DNA of 62,253 nt, filler included, from Chiloscyllium plagiosum (lineage: Eukaryota): the NCBI RefSeq assembly GCF_004010195.1. It is 3 parts of one record of this genome, joined end to end, with 100 filler letters (N's around TTAATTAATTAA, not from the genome) between each part and the next. Parts side by side here need not be neighbours in the genome. Positions count along the whole stretch, not along the records: positions 54,341 to 62,253 come from NC_057717.1; 2 more parts are not named here. One strand, written 5' to 3'. Below are positions 57,025-62,253 of the stretch, one piece after another (the stretch's first letter is position 1; the number at the start of each line of letters is the position of its first letter). Position numbers and translations under genes: made by a program. The notes under the pieces are model-generated. The model ran no database searches. It was given only the letters and a program-made list of their open reading frames with translations, and was not told the DNA's origin.

Positions 57025-58880
57025 GCAATGTGTGCCTTCTTTTTCTTGGACAGAGCCTCATTATCCCTCATCAGCCAGTGATCCCTAAACCTGCCAGCTT
57101 TTCACTTCACTCTAAAAGGGACATGTTAGATTCTTGAGATCACACTTTTAAAAGCCTCCCGTTTGCCAGTCATTCCTTTTCCTTCAAACAGACTCACCCA
57201 GTTATCGGGAGCATGATGTGGAGGAGCCGGTAGTGACTGGGATGGGCAAAGTTAAAAATCACACAACCCCAGCTTCCAGTCCAGCAGGTTATAGTCCAAC
57301 AGGTTTATCTCAGCACCAGCTTTCAAAGCTGCAAAATTTGGGAGCAATTGGTTTCAGTTTGCTGCTTCATCAGGTGGTTGTGGAGCACAATCATAAGGTT
57401 CAGAATTTCTCGCAACAAGATTGCAGTGTCATGGAATGTAATACTGAACACATTTAGTTTAAGTTTTCATCTTTTAGGATGATCACCTGCGCTTTGAAAG
57501 CTGGTGCTGAGATAAACCTGTTGGACTATAACCTGGTGTTGTGTGATTTTTAATTCACCCAAACGACCTCTGCTCGATCCTGCCTAATGGCCCCAAACCT
57601 GGCCCTGCTCCAGTTTAAGACCTTAATCTCTGGACCTGTCTGATCAAATTCCATAACAATATTAACACAAAGACAGTTGTGGTCACTGGACACAAATCGC
57701 TCTCCGACTGACATTACTGTCACTTGCCCGATCTCGTTTTCTGAGGGGAGGTCCAGTGTTGCACCTGCCTGAGTAGAGTGGGGCTCTCGGAAACTTTATT
57801 GGACACATTTGACAAATTCCACCCCATACGGGCCTTTTACACTCTGGTGGCCCAGTCAATACAGGGAAAGATAAAATCTGCAACCAATACTGCCCTATTA
57901 TTTCTATAGTTACCTGCAGTCTCTCTTCACATCTGCTCCTCTAGTAACCATTGGTTTTTTGGGGGTCCAGAACACCATTCAGCAGACTGACCATCGCCTT
58001 TTTGTTTCTAACGTCTCACCCTAAGACCTAATTTGATCACCCAGAAAGAGTATCCTCTCTAAGCACTGTTGTTATGTACTTGCTTATCAAAAGGACAACT
58101 TCCCTTCCTTCCGAACTTGTCCTTCAGTCACGCCTGTCGGAATGTCCTGGAACACTGAGCTGCAAGTCCTGCCCTTCTCTCAGCCATATTCCTGTTATGA
58201 CAATAATATCCCAGCCCCCAGAGCTGATCCATGCTCTGAGCTCGTCTGCCTTACCAGTCAGGCCTCGTGCGTTGAAAGAAATGCCCTTTAAACTAGAAGT
58301 CTTTTCCCTCCCTTGACTGTGCCCCTGGATATCCTGAATAGGAAACTTGTTCTTGATGGCTAATATATTTTTCCCTGACCTTTCATGGTCCCTCTGTTAT
58401 TAAGAGTCCCAACCTCCTGCCTAACTAGTTTATTCATTCCAGAGTAGGAATACCAAATCTCCCCGCAGTCATACTGGTGCCCCTCTGGTTCAAGTCCAAA
58501 CCATGCCGTTGACCAGGTCACCTCTATCCCAGAAGAGATCCCAATGATGCAAGAACTGAAAACCTTTGCCCTTACACCAGCTCCTCAACCATACATCCAT
58601 CCGGCCTATCTTTCTATTTCTTTATCCACTGGTGAGTGGCTTTGGGAGTAATCTGGAAATCACTACCCTTGATGTCCTGCTTTTTAACTTCTTACCTAAT
58701 TCCCGACACTCATTTCACAGGGCCCTATCCCTTTGTCTACCTCCGTCATGTGGACCGATGTGCACAATGATCTCTGGCTGTTCACTCTCCACCTTCAAAA
58801 TATTCTGTAACCGCTCAGAGACATCCTTCACCCTGGCACCCGGGAGGCAGCACACCATCTTCTGTCTGTCCGTTTCACAA
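57025..58880 (-). mobile_element. CR1-like LINE (ORF1 and ORF2 endonuclease), degraded
   Basis: LPGARVKDVSERLQNIL (ORF1, ~58790-58850), NARGLTGKADELRAWI (~58225-58275). Confidence 0.8.
57201..57554. mobile_element. Penelope pseudo-LTR fragment with an internal inversion, possible TSD TCACCCA
   Basis: Perfect 45-bp inverted repeat 57285-57329 / 57491-57535; CTGATGA core on the minus strand at ~57367-57373; TCACCCA at 57194-57200 and 57555-57561. Confidence 0.65.
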
Positions 58881-59169
58881 TGGAGTTTCCTGTCATTATT
58901 GATATCATTCGACCGGATGTGACAGAGACTGAGAGAAACTGCCTGCAGTTGGGGTTATATTTGCAAAGTGGGAGTATTTTAAAGTGACACAGTGAGGATT
59001 CATGGCCAGTGTGTTCCTTGAAGAGTGAATGGCAAAGGCAGCAAGCCCAGCGAATACTGACCAAGTGATATCGTGAGTTTGATAAAGAAAATACAGTGCA
59101 ATAAAAACAGATGAAGCCCTTCACGAGTAGAGAGAGTGTAAGATGTCCTTTAAAATGCGGGTCAAACAA

Positions 59170-61880
59170 TTGTCATGAAATATCCTTGGCAGACAGTGTG
59201 AAGGAAAATCCACAAGGTATTTTACAAGTACAGTTAGAGTCAGAGGATTATTGGGGAAAGAGTCAGGCCTGTTGGAAACCAAAGGGACAATCACTGCATG
59301 GAGCCAGATGAAGTAGGTGAGGTCTTCAATGAATACTTCCCGCCTGTATTCACACAGGAGAAAGGCATTGTAGCCAGGGATGTCAGTCGGGATGGTGAGG
59401 TTCGGGAACATGTTAAGATCAATCAAGAGGAGGTATTAAAAGTTTTCACAGGCATAAAGGTGGAGGAATCCCCAGTTCCCAATGAAATGTATCTGTAAGA
59501 ATGATATGGTTGTAATGGTCAGGGATTTCAATTTTCCAAACTTAGTCTGGGACTGCCAGAGTGTTCAGAGCTCGGAGGGGAGGGATTTGTCAGGCGTGTT
59601 CAAGAAAACCCTCTCAGTCAGAATGTCAATGGAAGGACTGCAGAAAGGGGTAAAACTTAACTTCACCTTGGGAAACAGGGTAGGGAAAGGAACGTTTGTA
59701 TTAGCGGGGCAACACTTTGGCAAAGTGAACACAATTCTATTAGTTTTGAAAATAGCGATGGAAAAGGTCAGACATGATCCACAAGTTAAAGATCAAAACT
59801 GGCCTTGCCTCAATACAGAAGGTATGAGTCAAGAGCTTTTAACAATTGATGGTGAAGGCTATTTGCATGTAAAGGGATGTCAGGCAAATGGGAAGCTTTC
59901 AAAAGAGCGATAAAATGAGGGTTAAGGGCCAGCATTTCCTGTTAGTGCGCAGGACAATGCTGACAAAAGTAGGAAAGACAGGATGACTGGGGATATTGAG
60001 GTTCTGGTCAAGGAAAAGGGTGCTCGTGTCATCCAGCTGGATTAAGGGAATTTCTTGAAGAACATGGTGGGTGTAGTGATACACTTAAGAAGGAAATCAG
60101 GAGGCTCCAAAGGGGACGACAGAAAGCTTGGCAGATCTGGCTGAAGAAAATCCAAAGAGATTGTACTTGAACACTAACAATAAAATATTAACTCGGGACA
60201 GAATATGGCCCCTTAAAGATCAATAAGGCCATCCGTTTGTGGAACCACAAAAGGTGGGTGAGATCCTAAATGAACATTTCACGTTTGAATTTACTGTGGA
60301 GAAAGACTGGGGTAGTCAGTGAAATAAAGAGTGATGTCTTCAAAAGAATCCACATTACAGAACAGGAGGTGCTGGAGTTTATAAAAGGTGCATATTAAAA
60401 AAATGTCCCTGGGAGCTAATCTGGTTTATCCCAGGACACTGTGGGAAGTCCGGGAAGAAAGTGCGGTGTCCCTTAAAGAGATATTTCTATCACTGACAGC
60501 CACAGGTGATGAGCTGGAAGCATGGAGCGTGGCGGCGAGGGAAAATCCATTGATACAATGACGAATTAGCTTGATGGCCTTGGTGCGAATGTCGTTGGAA
60601 GTGATTCCGTGGGACAGGGGGTACAAGCATTTGGAAAGGCAAGGATTGATTAGGGATAGTTAGCACAGCTTTGTGCATACACATTAGTATCTCTCAACCA
60701 TGATTGAGTTTGTTGAAGAGGTGACCGAGAAGATAAATGAAGGCAGAGCAGTAGACATTGTCTAAATTGACACGTCAGCAAGGCCTTTGACGGTATTGAG
60801 TGTGGTACACGAGTTAATAAGGTTAGATCACATTGGATCAGGGAGAGCGAGCCAAACGGACACAAAATTGCCTTGAGTGTAGGAGACAGAGGGTGGTGGG
60901 ACAGGGTTGTTCTTCAGCCTGGAAGCATATGACCAACGGTAGTCCACTTTAATGCATCAGTTACATGCATGATTTTGTTCAGAGTGTAGAATTCATTGTT
61001 AGTGAGTTCGTGGATACCAAAATTAGTTTTGAAGCATGCAGGGAATACAGTTATTGAAGGTTATCTTGAAAAACTGAGCCATTGGGCCAAGGGATGAAAA
61101 ATGGAGTTTAATTCAGGTGTTGGATTTTGTTAAGACAAACCAGGGAGGACTATCGCAATTAATGGTAGGGCCCTGGGAAGTGTTATCAAACAGAAAGAGA
61201 CCAAGGGGTGCAATTGCATTGTTCTTTGGAAGTGGTATCACAAGTGGGCGAAAGTAGCATTTGGCACTAGTAGCCCTCATGGGTCAGAGCACTGAGTACA
61301 TGAGTTGGGACATCATGTTACGGATGGACAAGGCATTGCTGCTTCTCCAGTTGGGGTGTTGTGTAGAATTCTGATCCTCCACTGCAAATAGATCAAAGAT
61401 TGGTAAAAATGTTACTGATACTGGAGGGTCTGACTTAGAAGGAGAGACTGGATAAGCTGGAAGAAGAAATGGGAGGAATGAGATAGCTTTGGCAGAGAAA
61501 TTTAAGAACAATCCAAAGGAATTGTAAAGAATAAATTATAAATTAGCAACTGGAAAGACAATAGAGCCCCTCAAAGTTCGGTAAGGCCATCCAAGTGTGG
61601 AACAACAGGAGTTGGACGAGATCCTAATTGAATATTTCATGTTAGAATGTCCTGTGGACAAAGACTAGGAAACAAAGAGAAAGAGACTGTGATAGCTTGA
61701 AAATAGACCCCATTACAGAAGAGATGGTGCTGGAGGTCTTAGAAAGCAAAGGGAGAGAAGGCTCTAGGTCCTGAATAAGTGTATGCCAAAACATTGTGGC
61801 AAAGTAGTGGCGGGAACGCTAGCAGCGATATTTTTATCATTGTTCATCATATTTCCATTGGGTGTAGATGACTGAAGGGT
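59170..61880 (+). mobile_element. Cluster of degraded CR1 ORF2 fragments
   Basis: LADxVKENP/NEYF..VFT segment recurs at ~59185, ~60130 and ~61490; also DFNFPN and RT remnants. Confidence 0.8.
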
Positions 61881-61881
61881 G

Positions 61882-62253
61882 ACCCCCCTCTCAACACTCC
61901 TCTCACACTCATCTCTCGCCTTCTCTCTCTCCACCGCTCATCCTCTCACTTGTCCCCTCCCTCAAGCCTCTCGCTCACCCCCTCTCCCACCCGCTCTTTC
62001 GCCACACTCTCGCAACTCTCTCACCCCCTTCTCTCGCCCAATCTTTCACACCCCTTTCTCGCCCCCCTCTCTCACATCCATTCACTCGCGCACATTCTCT
62101 CGCCTCCTTTCTCGCCCCCTCTCTCACCCCTCTCTCAGCCCCATTTCTCGGCCTCCTCTCTCACCCGGTCTCTTGATCCACTCTTGCCCCTCTCTTATCC
62201 TTTCTTTCGCACCCCTCTCTCGAACCCCTCTCTAGCCCCCCAATCTTCTCTCT
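61882..62253. repeat. CT-rich low-complexity tract
   Basis: Direct reading (ctctctcgcc/ctctcaccc repeats). Confidence 0.9.

Noticed and set aside
59170..61880. Triplicated CR1 segment as a recent tandem duplication
   Set aside because: The three pieces are strongly diverged and have different boundaries; independent or ancient fragments are more likely.

Overview
Repeat-dense vertebrate genomic DNA, very probably from an elasmobranch (HE1-like V-SINEs, HER1/CR1 LINEs, a GPR139/142-like receptor exon). There are four assembly gaps; two contain an artificial TTAATTAATTAA spacer, so contiguity across 24912-25011 and 54241-54340 is uncertain. I see no intact protein-coding gene. The main structure is a composite unit present twice at roughly 90% identity (by eye): a Gmr1-type (PR-IN-RT-RH) Gypsy element interrupted by a degraded class I (gamma/epsilon-like) endogenous retrovirus. 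The provirus has a tRNA-Ser PBS, gag, pro-pol, a gamma-type env with ISD and CX6CC, and a Penelope element in its 5' LTR. Copy 2 (41640-53918) is collinear. Copy 1 is split (1-4090 plus 16771-24708 reversed) in the pattern expected from a ~20 kb inversion between two Penelope copies. The provirus has strongly discordant LTRs and no TSD, which suggests it is a recombinant. The Penelope elements carry minimal hammerhead ribozyme motifs. Also present: a second Gmr1 element with a 3' LTR, a Harbinger transposase relic, a gag fragment of a second ERV, a GPR139-like pseudo-exon, many CR1 fragments and several minisatellites. All identities and family calls are from reading by eye; no searches were run.
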